Positions 1-13,244 are shown, counted from the first letter of the whole stretch. The stretch is DNA of 63,833 nt, filler included, from Octopus bimaculoides (GCF_001194135.2; 5 parts of 4 records of this genome joined end to end with filler, not necessarily neighbours in it), one strand, 5' to 3'. The notes: generated by a model from the sequence alone, not told the origin. Made by a program: numbers and translations.

Positions 1-65
<65 letters not shown>

Positions 66-366
66 ATATATATATGTATATATGCATATATGTGTGTACG
101 TATGTATATGTGTGTGTGTATATGTGTATGTATATGTACATGTATATATATGTATATATGTATATGTGTGTATGTGTGTGTGTATGGTGTCTTGNNNNNN
201 NNNNATATATGTATATGTGTGTATGTGTGTGTGTATGGTGTCTTGTATATGTTTTTTTGTGTATATGTATATATAATTTTATAATATATTTTAAAATGAG
301 CTTTTTTTAATATATTTTTATATATGTATATATATACATATATATATATATAAATATATATGTGGA

Positions 367-409
<43 letters not shown>

Positions 410-530
410 TTATGACTTGTGAATTTTGCTTGTTTGTATATGCATGCATATGCATGTGAGCGTGCACGTGTGTGCGCGCGTGAACGTGTGTGCGTGTGTG
501 TACGGGCGCACACGCGGATGCGTGCATGTA
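1..530. repeat. Compound (TA)n/(TG)n microsatellite block
   Basis: Long TA and GT dinucleotide runs, with a short duplicated segment either side of a 10-N gap. Confidence 0.95.
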
Positions 531-1658
531 GGTAATAGCGTTCTTTTTGCTAAAACTTAAAAAATTTTGTTCGGTTTTTGTAATTGTGAAATTTTTTCGC
601 CATGAACGGTTTGTGTTTTTAAACCGAATGTAGTTTTTCTGATGTTATATTTATTCCTGAAGATATGTAAAGAAATTTTGATTTATTAAGTCTCTTAATG
701 AATTCTTTATACTGAAATATATACTGAAGAAGATAAATATGTTCATTTGAATATGTACGTTTTTGCGTCGTAACTCCTTTATTATTATTAATATAACCAA
801 AAGGATCGATTCTTGAAGAGTCTGCATACCTTCACTGTCGTTTTTTTCTGCTATTTTGGTGATGAATTTTTGAGTTAGCTTACCAATTATTTTTGTTGAT
901 AGTTAATTTATAATATATTGATATATATATATATTTATATCCATATATATACATACATACACATACACATATATATGTATAGATGTATGTGTGTGTGTAT
1001 GTTGGTATACCTGAGTCGGATTTGGGGCGAGTTGTCTCACCTGTCTATGGCTTTTTGATATTTTAACACTCGGCCCTTTGAGGAAGTCATCCCCACTGCG
1101 CTAACCCGCAGCCTACCGGTGAACAAGGGAGGGCACATACATTGAGTACGTGTAGTCGATAAGGTTTACAACACTGCTTCTAATTCATATTTAACACACA
1201 CACACACATACATATATACATATATAGTTGGCACAGTATGGGTAAAGTCGAAGCATAATATCTTGGATAAGTGGCATTTTCTATAGCACCGAGTCAGCTC
1301 ATTCTTTGTGAGTGAAAATGGGTGAATGAAAACTGTATAGAACCCCGTCGGATGGAGTGAAGTTGTAATTCAAACGGTACAGCTTTGTCATCAGCTGTGT
1401 CGATCTGATTCTGCCTGATAATTACCTTAGAGGTACACCTGTCTGTAAAATAATTCAGGAGCAGGTAATTCAGTTGATCAACCCATTGAATCTCTACGTC
1501 GAACGACGGAGATCCATATGCACACAGACACACACAAATATATGCATACAAACACACATGTGCATACATACACGTGTGTATATGGTGGAGGAGCAGTATG
1601 TGTGCGCGCGTGTGTGTGTGTTTAAGAAAGAGTCACATGGCTTCACTGAACAAAGATT

Positions 1659-1693
1659 TTGAAAACATTGAAAACATTGAAAACATTGAAACA
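1659..1693. repeat. 9-bp tandem repeat (ttgaaaaca) x ~4
   Basis: ttgaaaacattgaaaacattgaaaacattgaaaca read directly. Confidence 0.85.
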
Positions 1694-3499
1694 ATCCTAA
1701 CCAGTCTGAAAAATAGTATTTAGACTATGCTTTTAACTTCCATAACCTGATAAATGCCCACAGTCTACATATATTTGCTGATAAAATTAGTAACCTATAT
1801 AAACCACATGGTGCTATCCACTCCACACTTAATTGTTGTTCATTTTATCGACTCTCGGAACAGAAAGGCCGAGTCGACTCCGTAAGATTTGAACTTGGAA
1901 TAACATTCTAACGATTCTGCTGATTCACTGCCATTGCAAGACAATATCACTTATAAGAAGTAAGCCTCAATATTTATAATATGAAGTAAAAGAATTCTCA
2001 GATTTAAGAATAAATAACCACGTAGAACCCTTACTATTGTGCAAGCGATATTTTGCCTTAGAAAAAACAAAACAAAACAAAACAATTTTTGCCGCATCAC
2101 GAATGTAATGTTATAAACCCCACCAAAAACAAATTTTTGCCTAGTTAGCAAATAAATGTAACTCTATAAACATGATGAGTAGAAACGTCACGAAATAGAA
2201 AAGCAGGAGTACTGTAACGAACTGGTTCAGTTGTATAGAATATAAAGCACACGGTGTATTCTTCCAGTTCGACATGAAAAAAAAAAAGAAAAAGAAAAAA
2301 AAAGCTTAGAATTCAGAAAAACATTTGCAACCGTTAGCGAGACTGACACCAGTATTATAATGGACATCAGAAAACCAATTTTATTTCATGATAATTCTTT
2401 CTGGATATTTTTGATATACCCATGGGTAGTTTCAAAGGTGTCAGAATCTGAAAATGACTCAATCTTCACATTTTAGGCACCCTTTAAAAAAAGAATTCAC
2501 TCTCCCAGCATAGTGGCAGTATCTCACAATTTAAACGGCCAACGATGGAAACCAGAAAAATAAGTATTAAAAAAAAATTTAATTAAAGATGTAGTGAGGA
2601 AACTTTTTATAAACTTAATGACCTGGATAAAAGTGTGTGTAATTGATAAGTGAAACATCTTCTGGTGAATACGTTATAACAGTGATCCATCGTAATCCGG
2701 TGAATTATCTGTGAACATATATTTTCTAAGCCCAAAAATAACATAAATATTTTCCATGATTGGTGTACCAGCAGGATTAGAATTAATCCTTCTTGGCACT
2801 TAGTTGTTATTGTACGTTGTTGAAACAGAACAAATTAACAGTTTGTTATCGAAACGGCCTGAACAACACCACCACCACTACCATCACCACGACTACCGCT
2901 GCTAACGCCACCGCCGTCAACACCACCAACAAGAAAGCAAGAGTAGCAGCAGTAACAACAACAATAACAACAAACATACTAGCAAAGCAAAACTATTGTT
3001 GTTGTTTAGCTCCGGGTCAGATCTAATTGAGCAGATTTATGGTCAAAGGTATTCCATGTATGATTTAATTTTTTTAATTTTTACTTTATTTTTTACAAAT
3101 TTGATGTACCTAAAACTACATTACGTAGTCTTAAAGCAGCAAAAGATTTTTGGCTGCTATTTCTAGTAGTTCAAGCGACCACGTAGTATCTTCCTATTTT
3201 TGAAATGTGAACTGTGAAGAGTGACTCCACCTCTTCCTCCACGCTGTCGTCTTTGACTGCAGCGACCTTGTAGAGAGTCACTGTGAGCGGCAGATACGGT
3301 AGAGTGCCAGGTTAAACTAACCACTTCACTAAATCTCTTCATTTCAAATGAAGTTAAACATAATATTATTATTCATAGTAGTGGAGTATCATTATAAAAT
3401 ATGCAGGCTCAATCTCTACACGTATGAATAAGATTTAATTTATAGTAAGGAGTTCTTTCACTGGGCGGATCCTTACTATAACATCGTCCTGACAGTAAG

Positions 3500-4090
3500 C
3501 AGTTTCAACGACCAGGTTAGGAATAAGGTCCATAAAAAGGTCTCATAAAAAGAAAACACCACCGTTACGTATTTTGGCTCACATTCCCATTCTCTTTAAA
3601 TGTTAAGAACTGTGGAGGATGAGCTTTCTTTAGATTAATAGATAAACATTTTCCATCAGTACATAAAGATCGAAAACTATTCAAACACACAAACTAAAGA
3701 TCTCTTAGCTGTGCAGCAAATATGAAGCGGATCTTAGCTAATAGTCACAAACCTAGTATAGAGGTAGGCTAGTCATGCAGAGGTACAACATATAACCACT
3801 TGGAGGCCGTCGTATATAAAGTGGAGATCGCATCCAAAGATCTCAGAGGGACTTCAGAACATCGAAAAGTTCCTTCAAGATTTGTTTGAACAACCACAGG
3901 TCCGCTTTCAAGATCCAGGATAGGCGAAATGTTACACTTCTAGTCAGGCACATGTGGCTTTTGAAAGAAAAAGGTACATTGACAGATTGATTGAAAAATA
4001 CAAGCCATATTTTAGCAGCAGCAAGAAGTACCGACTCCGAAACAGAGACTTTTACTCCCTTCCCCCATCTACATTCTGAAAGTCTCAACT
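3500..4090 (+). mobile_element. Degenerate Penelope-like element (RT C-terminus/linker plus GIY-YIG endonuclease)
   Basis: Frameshifted fragments AFFRLIDKHFPSVHKDRKLF..SCAANMKRILANSH, AVVYKVEI, FKICLNNHRSAFKIQDRRNVTLLVRHMWLLKEKG and YKPYFSSSKK follow the PLE pattern FLxLIDKHFP..KxSYSCMxNM..FKxRYNNHxSSF..LSKHIWxLKxKG. Confidence 0.75.
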
Positions 4091-4170
4091 TTCTGTAAAG
4101 ACTGGCGATCGTTTTATACTTATTCCTTTCTCATTGACCAGACATTCTTTCCTTCTTTCTTACCTCACTG

Positions 4171-4206
<36 letters not shown>

Positions 4207-4500
4207 NNNNNNNNNNNNNNNNNNNNNNNNNNNNNNNNNNNNNNNNNNNNNNNNNNNNNNNNNNNNNNNNNNNNNNNNNNNNNNNNNNNNNNNNNNNNNN
4301 NNNNNNNNNNNNNNNNNNNNNNNNNNNNNNNNNNNNNNNNNNNNNNNNNNNNNNNNNNNNNNNNNNNNNNNNNNNNNNNNNNNNNNNNNNNNNNNNNNNN
4401 NNNNNNNNNNNNNNNNNNNNNNNNNNNNNNNNNNNNNNNNNNNNNNNNNNNNNNNNNNNNNNNNNNNNNNNNNNNNNNNNNNNNNNNNNNNNNNNNNNNN

Positions 4501-4561
<61 letters not shown>

Positions 4562-5117
4562 ATCTCTCTCTTCGTCTCTCGCTGCTTTTCTTTCTCTCTC
4601 TCTCTCATTCTCTTTTCCTCTCATGCATATATATAAATAACTTGCTTTATCATCAATCCTTCCTCTCAGCTCAATAAAAGTTTCTCGTTTTCTCAGATTT
4701 CAGTTTCTTTTGGGGCGGGAGCCGGGTGGGGGCTTCCCTCAAGCAAAATGATTTGTTTTTCCCTTGCATTTCCACGTAATCGAATGTGTTTGTATTTCCA
4801 GAGCAAAAGAGCTCTGGCTATACAGCTCCGGTCAATCATGCTTCATGATTGTACAGTCTCACTTCCTGACAGAGAGCATGAAACCATCTGGTAGCTTTGT
4901 TTGGTCATAGCATGATACTCGGAATTTAAATTGTACCTACTCTTTCGCTGATATATTGAGTGAGCTCTTTTTTCTGACTTATGAACTCTTGTAGTAAGTC
5001 TTTGTGAGTGAGTGAGCGTGTGCAAGTGTATCTTAGTGTGTGTGTGTACGTGTGTGTGTGTATACAATAACACGTACATACATATATGCACGCACGCATG
5101 CATGCAGGCATACATAC

Positions 5118-5170
<53 letters not shown>

Positions 5171-6355
5171 GCCATCTGTGTTTCATCTATATATATAAAA
5201 ATGAGAATGTGTGTCTGTCTGTCTGTCTGTCTGTCTGTGTGAATCCNNNNNNNNNNNNNNNNNNNNNNNNNNNNNNNNNNNNNNNNNNNNNNNNNNNNNN
5301 NNNNNNNNNNNNNNNNNNNNNNNNNNNNNNNNNNNNNNNNNNNNNNNNNNNNNNNNNNNNNNNNNNNNNNNNNNNNNNNNNNNNNNNNNNNNNNNNNNNN
5401 NNNNNNNNNNNNNNNNNNNNNNNNNNNNNNNNNNNNNNNNNNNNNNNNNNNNNNNNNNNNNNNNNNNNNNNNNNNNNNNNNNNNNNNNNNNNNNNNNNNN
5501 NNNNNNNNNNNNNNNNNNNNNNNNNNNNNNNNNNNNNNNNNNNNNNNNNNNNNNNNNNNNNNNNNNNNNNNNNNNNNNNNNNNNNNNNNNNNNNNNNNNN
5601 NNNNNNNNNNNNNNNNNNNNNNNNNNNNNNNNNNNNNNNNNNNNNNNNNNNNNNNNNNNNNNNNNNNNNNNNNNNNNNNNNNNNNNNNNNGTAAGACTAC
5701 CCTTTCAGATCTACTTACATTGTGATTTCTGCAATGTGGTGCATAAATTGTCAAGTAAATGAGACGCATCTTTGCCTCCACTGATTCACTTGCAAAGTGT
5801 TGAGTAAAATTATTTCGTTGCAGACCTCCTTTGAGTCTTTTTATTATCACTGCGACACACATAGTCCCCAGTTGGTAACATTCATTTCAAGGCCTTCCCA
5901 GATGAGAGACTGGTTGTTCTAAGACATTTATCGATTGTAAATTTTGTCTGCAATTTGGAAATTATATTCTATGCATAACAGCCATAACTCCCATGAAAAT
6001 TCATATATTTTTGATGTTGATGAAATTTTAACCCGAACATAACAGATGAGCATTATTTGTAATTCAACGGTACAACGGTGTAAGACTACCCTTTCAGATC
6101 TACTTACATTGTGATTTCTGCATTGTTTGGTCATAGCATGATTCTTGATCTATTACTCGGAATTTAAATTATACCTACTCTTTCGCTGATATATTGAGTG
6201 AGCTCTTTTTTCTGACTTATGAACTCTTGTAGTAAGTCTTTGTGAGTGAGTGAGCGTGTGCAAGTGTATCTTAGTGTGTGTGTATACGTGTGTGTGTGTA
6301 TACAATAACACGTACATACATATATGCACGCACGCATGCATGCAGGCATACATAC

Positions 6356-6412
<57 letters not shown>

Positions 6413-7008
6413 GCCATCTGTGTTTCATACTTAATATAAATACACCACGACGTTCTAAAAGCACAATATATATGGGTGGCCTACGAGAATCGTCCTAGCA
6501 TTCTCACCTAGCTGGTGAGAATGCAATATACTTTTCCATCGATTGGGTCTTCTCAGTAGCTTTTATTCATAGCAAACCTCATACTAAGAAGAAATTTGTC
6601 GCCACCGATAAATGAAAACAGTGAATAAACAATAACTGTTGTTGCGGATACTTGACCGGCTAAATAAAAATCATGTACATGCAACAGAAGCAATATTAGA
6701 TTAAAATACCTAGGTTTCGCCTTAGCATACTGTTAGCTATGAGTTCATGCTATTTACGACGTCCAAATAAGTAGAAATGTACCAAGCATTCTCACAGCCA
6801 CTGCCTGTATGATTTTCGTCTGTCTCCGATATATATTATGTTTTTAAACATAGCATGTTAAAAAACGATACAACGAAAACCACTGTAGATTTGCTTTCGG
6901 GATATAATAAATATCCGGGAAACAGCTGTAAGACCTATTTATAAATATTCTAAAATCTACACAGCCTTGGTTTTTTTTTATCTCATTACGAAAAGTAAAT
7001 CTTTATAT

Positions 7009-7125
<117 letters not shown>

Positions 7126-7731
7126 ATGTAGAGTTATAATCCAAGCTGTATTCTCTTGAAGTACATCTGCATATACCAGTACTTCGAAGTTGTCTATAGA
7201 TGTTATATTTGTGTGAGGTATGCGTAAGAGTTGAAAAATACTGGAATATATTTTTTGCAGAGTAATTGTACATCAAAACAAAAAAATGGAAACAATTGTT
7301 GGTATTATTTATTCACCATTACATGTGCTTCATTTGCTGATAGGAATTACAAAATTGTACATATAGGAGAAACATGTAAGATACATATCTCATATTAGAA
7401 ATTCTTTAGACAGAGAATCAAATAATGCAAAATTTACATTTGGATGAAGTTTTATTTATAGTCAGTAATCAGGAGTGAATGATATTCCCGTCATCGTTCA
7501 ATCACCGCTATTTAGCGACCAGCCGTGAATAAACTACAGGGTGATAGCGTTTAGTAGTGATGTGTTCATGTTCATGATTGAGACATATTCGAAACCGCAA
7601 GAAAGCCATTCATATTATTTTGTTATGGAGAAAATTTCTCACTGTTGACAAATAAGTGTAAATACACCGAGTCAGCTGACAGAGTCTCCTAACCAGGCAC
7701 TTGGATGCATGCATTTCGAAATGGTTATCTC

Positions 7732-7787
<56 letters not shown>

Positions 7788-8520
7788 NNNNNNNNNNNNN
7801 NNNNNNNNNNNNNNNNNNNNNNNNNNNNNNNNNNNNNNNNNNNNNNNNNNNNNNNNNNNNNNNNNNNNNNNNNNNNNNNNNNNNNNNNNNNNNNNNNNNN
7901 NNNNNNNNNNNNNNNNNNNNNNNNNNNNNNNNNNNNNNNNNNNNNNNNNNNNNNNNNNNNNNNNNNNNNNNNNNNNNNNNNNNNNNNNNNNNNNNNNNNN
8001 NNNNNNNNNNNNNNNNNNNNNNNNNNNNNNNNNNNNNNNNNNNNNNNNNNNNNNNNNNNNNNNNNNNNNNNNNNNNNNNNNNNNNNNNNNNNNNNNNNNN
8101 NNNNNNNNNNNNNNNNNNNNNNNNNNNNNNNNNNNNNNNNNNNNNNNNNNNNNNNNNNNNNNNNNNNNNNNNNNNNNNNNNNNNNNNNNNNNNNNNNNNN
8201 NNNNNNNNNNNNNNNNNNNNNNNNNNNNNNNNNNNNNNNNNNNNNNNNNNNNNNNNNNNNNNNNNNNNNNNNNNNNNNNNNNNNNNNNNNNNNNNNNNNN
8301 NNNNNNNNNNNNNNNNNNNNNNNNNNNNNNNNNNNNNNNNNNNNNNNNNNNNNNNNNNNNNNNNNNNNNNNNNNNNNNNNNNNNNNNNNNNNNNNNNNNN
8401 NNNNNNNNNNNNNNNNNNNNNNNNNNNNNNNNNNNNNNNNNNNNNNNNNNNNNNNNNNNNNNNNNNNNNNNNNNNNNNNNNNNNNNNNNNNNNNNNNNNN
8501 NNNNNNNNNNNNNNNNNNNN

Positions 8521-10647
8521 ATACATGTATTAAATGTTCAACAAACTCACCATGTTTAGCTTTCAGTGTGATCCTTGAGGTTGATGCGACGCAGCTAGTG
8601 CAGACACATTTGATTGCAAATTTGTCAATTTTAATCGCAAGTCTCTTCGTTTGGCTACATCCAGTCCACTTCTGCTTTTAGAAAGTAAAGTACGAATGTG
8701 ACTGAAATCAGATTCGACCAAGTACGAAGTTGGGAAGGCGAGCAAAATTAATTTCAAATAGGTTGGGGTAAGAATTCAATATACTTTGATGATACCACAA
8801 GCCTTCTTTGCCATGAAACCGATATCGCATTGTGGCCTCATTATCATTTTGCAATTCAATTAGCTCCTTCTGAACGTCGTCTTCGCAATAGACTGCTTGG
8901 ACTTCAAACGTTTTCTTATACCAATTTGGAATATTCAACGTAATAACATCTTGAAATCGCTCCGTCATGTCATCATGCAATGGTTGTAGATTGTCACGAT
9001 AGGTAACGATATCCTCATCAACCAATTCGTCTTTCAAAGGATCCAGTTGAGGAAATTGATGCAATTGACGTTTGGAAATGTTTATTTTATACAGGACCAA
9101 TTTCGAAATGAAGGTGGTGATAAATGATTTACAGTCGACAAGAATTTTTTGCTTTCCTTGCAACAACTTAATCAAATCATTAAGTTTAGTGAATTTATCG
9201 CCCAGAAAAAAAAAATATCGCGCTTTGCAGCAATCAATGAAGCCTTTTGAAGAGTACTTTCAAATAAAGATATGATCACAAGCGAACAACACAGTTGCCC
9301 TTTGACAGTCATCGTACTTCGGTATGGTACAGAAGCCTTACAAAGTCATCATCATTATCCAGATACAGTTGACGGAAAATTCGATCAGACAAGGAATTTG
9401 ATTTCAGTTTATTCACAGTTTTGATAACCAACTGCAGCGCATCATTTAACCGACCATTGGTATTTTTTGCCACTAAATGTCGGTGTATTACGCAATGATT
9501 TGTTAAAATTTGTTGAGAAATTTCACGCTTTAGGAGAGATGAAAAACCTCTGTATCTTCCAACCATAGCAGGGGTCCCATCAGACGCACAGGCAATAATA
9601 TTGGTCAGTGGTATATGATGTTCAGAAAGGAAACGCTTAAGCATATTGAAAATAGATGTACCTTTTGAATCAAGCAGCAAGTTCTCTGTGAACAACATTT
9701 CCTCACAAGGTTGAAGGTATTCATTGGAATATCGAACATTAACCATCATCAAACATTGGTTATCTATAACTGTTGACTCGTCCACTTGTATAAAAAATTC
9801 AGAACACTGGAGAATTTGAATGAGTTGATGTTTGACATCGGTGGCAATTTCATCTATTCGTCGAGAAACTGTATTGTTACTAAGTGGAATTTTCTTGATA
9901 ATTGTGTCGGACTTCTTGTGCATTACAGTCGACAGAACTTCTTCAATGACAGGTCAGAGCAATGTTTCTCCTATAGTGTGGGACTTCCCGATCTTTGCAA
10001 CCAGTAATGCAATATTGTACGATGCAATCATACCATCATTTTCCCGCCCAGTTGCTTCCGTAAACATCGTGTTCAGTGTTTTCTGCTTTTCGAAAGAGGC
10101 CTTCAGTTGCAAAAAATATGACAATGGTTTGTCTTTTTTGTCGGAGTGCTTGGAACCAAAATAATATTTCAAGCGTGAAGGTTTCATAACTTCATTGCTC
10201 AAAGTTTGCTGGCATAGAAGACATGGGTAATTGACAGTTCTGAGGAGAAGCAATAAATCCATATGATAAATAATTAATGCTGTACTGGCGACAAGTTTTC
10301 TTTACCGGAGGCATCAGGAAAGTTAAAATTCGAAAAAGAATTCATAGAAGCGGAATCGGCAAAGGCAGAAATTCACAATGCACACGGATGTGTGTGCATC
10401 CAATGCAAGTGTAGTGACATGGTTAATGAGTCTGGTCATTATTTCTGATCTGATCTGAGAACAGCCCTAACAAGGACTGTTATCGTATACGATAAGGATG
10501 AACGGATGAAGGCAGAAGTAAAAAGACGAGCGGACGAGAGATATAGTTCGTTCAGTGATTTCTTCCAAACATGAAGTGGCAATACAGAAGTACAAGGAGT
10601 GTGTGAGCGGCAGAGGAGAGAAACGACGATACGTTTTTGCAGTCCTA
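8521..10647 (-). mobile_element. hAT DNA transposon, Buster/Charlie (ZBED5/SCAND3-like) type
   Basis: Contains the near-complete transposase pseudogene at 8563-10314. The putative 5' terminus TAGGACTGCAAAAACGTATCG lies at ~10647. The 3' end is lost in the N gap, so TIR and TSD cannot be confirmed. Confidence 0.8.
8563..10314 (-). pseudogene. hAT transposase (BED finger, DDE core, hATC dimerisation domain), frameshifted
   Basis: Consecutive ORFs give MPPVKRK..CLLCQQTLSNEVMKPSRL, KKIPLSNNTVSRRID, FFIQVDESTVID, IIACASDGTPAMVG, NHCVIHRHLVAK, LLYHTEVR and LLAFPTSYLVESDFS..DLRLKLTNL, ending at a stop at 8563. Several frameshifts and stops. Confidence 0.93.
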
Positions 10648-10650
10648 TGG

Positions 10651-10940
10651 TGCAGTCCTATGGTGGTTATTTTATAATAGTTTTCTAGCTGTATAAGACC
10701 CCTGCCACCTTCTGTGCGTTGTATATATAGCCTTTCTATGTCAGATTTTGGGTGGTGCATCCTATATCCTGTCATTATTTTTCTTGTTTTCCTGTCTATT
10801 TTACATAGTTCGTTTAGTGTCCAGTTAAGGATGTTGTAGCTGTAGCTTATAACTGGGACAGCTAAAGTGTTGATACCCATTATCTTGTTTTTAGCATTGA
10901 GCTCTGTTTTTAGTATTGATCTAACTCGTCTATAGTACTC
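10651..10940 (-). mobile_element. Non-LTR retrotransposon fragment (R4/Dong-like, post-RT region)
   Basis: INTLAVPVISYSYNILNWTLNELCKIDRKTRKIMTGYRMHHPKSDIERLYIQRTEGGRGLIQLENYYKITTIGL is typical of the region after the RT core in RLE-type LINEs. Confidence 0.85.
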
Positions 10941-11040
10941 NNNNNNNNNNNNNNNNNNNNNNNNNNNNNNNNNNNNNNNNNNNNTTAATTAATTAANNNN
11001 NNNNNNNNNNNNNNNNNNNNNNNNNNNNNNNNNNNNNNNN
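10941..11040. other. Artificial scaffold join (44 N + TTAATTAATTAA + 44 N)
   Basis: Identical 100-bp structure four times in the window. The palindromic 12-mer puts a TAA stop in all six frames. Confidence 0.95.
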
Positions 11041-11745
11041 ATGGCTCCGAGTTTTGTCCCACTGCTTGATACCTTGAGCAAGTGTCTTCAACTGTAGCCT
11101 TGGGCCAACCTAAGCCATGTGAGTGGATTTGGTTGACTGAATCTGAAAGAAGCCCGTCGTGTATATTTCATTGCTATTATGCAAAGATGTCGTAAGTTCA
11201 AAACGTTGCTTTTTCAAAAAACGAAAAAATAATTTCAGTTTTCCATTTCTTTTTACATAACAACAGTTTCAGCTTAAGAATAATACTTTGTTGGGTGCAT
11301 AAAATTGTAACATCATGCATGTAGGTTATTTTCAGTCAGAAATATTTTTGCAAAATTTTCGTATTTGGGACTTACTACACTTTTGGAAAATGGTAAACTG
11401 TTGTACTACACTTTGACAATTTTCATCTGAAGCAGCTGGAGATATGATAGTTTGACAAAAAGTTAGGGTCATTGAAAAAGATGCATTTGGCAAAATTTAG
11501 ACATACTTCTGTTTAACGTAATAGCAATGATATATATATATATTTGTGGGTGTTTGTGTGTGTGCATGTGTGCCTGTATTTGTCTCACCCACCTTCGCTT
11601 GACAACCAATGTTGGTACGTTTACGTCCCCGTAAATTAGCTGCACGGCAAAAAAAAAACAAAAAAAACGATAGAATAAGTACTAGTCTTACAAAGGGATG
11701 ATCTGTTCCACTAAAGACGAAGCTCCAGTAAAAAAAAAAACATAA
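11041..11745 (+). mobile_element. tRNA-derived SINE interrupted by a 363-bp TIR element
   Basis: SINE head and body (gtcccactgc..ttgagcaagtgtcttc..gaaagaagcccgtcgt) at 11041-11165 resumes at ~11560 (gcttgacaacc..gatagaataagtactag). Confidence 0.8.
11168..11530. mobile_element. Non-autonomous DNA transposon with short TIRs
   Basis: Left tcattgctattatg and right cgtaatagcaatga are inverted complements with one mismatch, flanked by TA-rich sequence. Confidence 0.55.
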
Positions 11746-12253
11746 TAAAAAACAAAGAATATATATTTATATATATTTAACATATAATTACGTAAATTTC
11801 AAAACTTGCACTAAAGATGGACAAAGGATGAAAGAGAAAAGTCATGTACTAAACATGGACAAGCTATTTCCTCATCTGCTATCGTTCAAATATACAGTTT
11901 ATACCTTGACCCTATATGTATGTGCGTGCGTGTGGTGTGTGTGTGTGTCTAAGATGTATATAGGCATGACAGTATAATTGCTTCCCTACCACATGGTTCT
12001 GGGTTCAATGCCATCACGTGACATCTTAGGCAAGAGTCTTCTACTATAACCTCGAGCAAACCAAAGTGCTGTTAGTGGATTTTATAAGAATCCCGTTGCG
12101 TGGGTGTATAAATATGTCTGCGTGTGTGTGTGTGTGTGTGTGTATGTGTGTGTGTGTGTGTGTGCATGTGTGTGTGTATGTGTACATGTGTGTGTTCGCG
12201 TGGGTGTTTTTATGTTTATTATTCTTTTAAACTTTACTTTTTGTATGTTCCAG

Positions 12254-12370
12254 TGATTGACATGTTCTCTTGTGGAACTACCTTGAAGGATACAGATGGA
12301 CCGAATTACTTGTATTCTTTCTCTTTCTTTATCTTAATATTCTTCATGGGTGCTTTTGCCGATCCTCTAG
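12254..12370 (+). CDS. Candidate orphan exon of an unidentified membrane protein
   Basis: Strong acceptor (ctttactttttgtatgttccag) and perfect donor (ag|gtaagt). 117 nt, symmetric phase 1-1, only one open frame: (V)IDMFSCGTTLKDTDGPNYLYSFSFFILIFFMGAFADPL(G), with a TM-like hydrophobic stretch. No homolog recognised. Confidence 0.4.
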
Positions 12371-12495
12371 GTAAGTGGGATCTGCATACTAGCTCCCACG
12401 AGGTGCATTTGCAAACGCGCAAACACAAATAATTACACATAAATACACACCCACACAATCACAGATATACATACATACAAACTCAACCATTTAAC

Positions 12496-12533
<38 letters not shown>

Positions 12534-12864
12534 GCACACACTCACACACACTCACACACGCGCACACACATACACACACAGACTCACGACTTTTGGGATT
12601 GGTCGAATCGAAGTTAATGGTGGAAGACACTTTCTCGATGTGTCACACTGTGGGACTGTCTCCAAAAACACGTGCTTTTCAAAGTGAGCTTCTCAATCAG
12701 ACAGACATTCAAAATGTACATATATATCTACAAACATACATACACACCTACATATATATATACTCTTTTACTTGTTTCAGTCATTTGACTGCGGCCATGC
12801 TGGAGCACCGCCTTTAGTCGAGCAAATCGACCCCAGGATGTTGGAGGGACAAACACAGACACAA

Positions 12865-12904
<40 letters not shown>

Positions 12905-13201
12905 GTATATANNNNNNNNNNNNNNNNNNNNNNNNNNNNNNNNNNNNNNNNNNNNNNNNNNNNNNNNNNNNNNNNNNNNNNNNNNNNNNNNNNNNNNNNN
13001 NNNNNNNNNNNNNNNNNNNNNNNNNNNNNNNNNNNNNNNNNNNNNNNNNNNNNNNNNNNNNNNNNNNNNNNNNNNNNNNNNNNNNNNNNNNNNNNNNNNN
13101 NNNNNNNNNNNNNNNNNNNNNNNNNNNNNNNNNNNNNNNNNNNNNNNNNNNNNNNNNNNNNNNNNNNNNNTACATACATGCAAAGAAACACAAATATACA
13201 C

Positions 13202-13244
<43 letters not shown>

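Noticed and set aside
1294-1662. Overlapping open frames on both strands (DRCTSKVIIRQNQID.. and FKRYSFVISCVDL..)
   Set aside because: No recognisable domain or consistent splice model, and part of the length comes from a microsatellite.
10985-10996. TTAATTAATTAA palindrome as a regulatory or homing site
   Set aside because: It is always centred in exactly 44+44 Ns, so it is an assembly linker.
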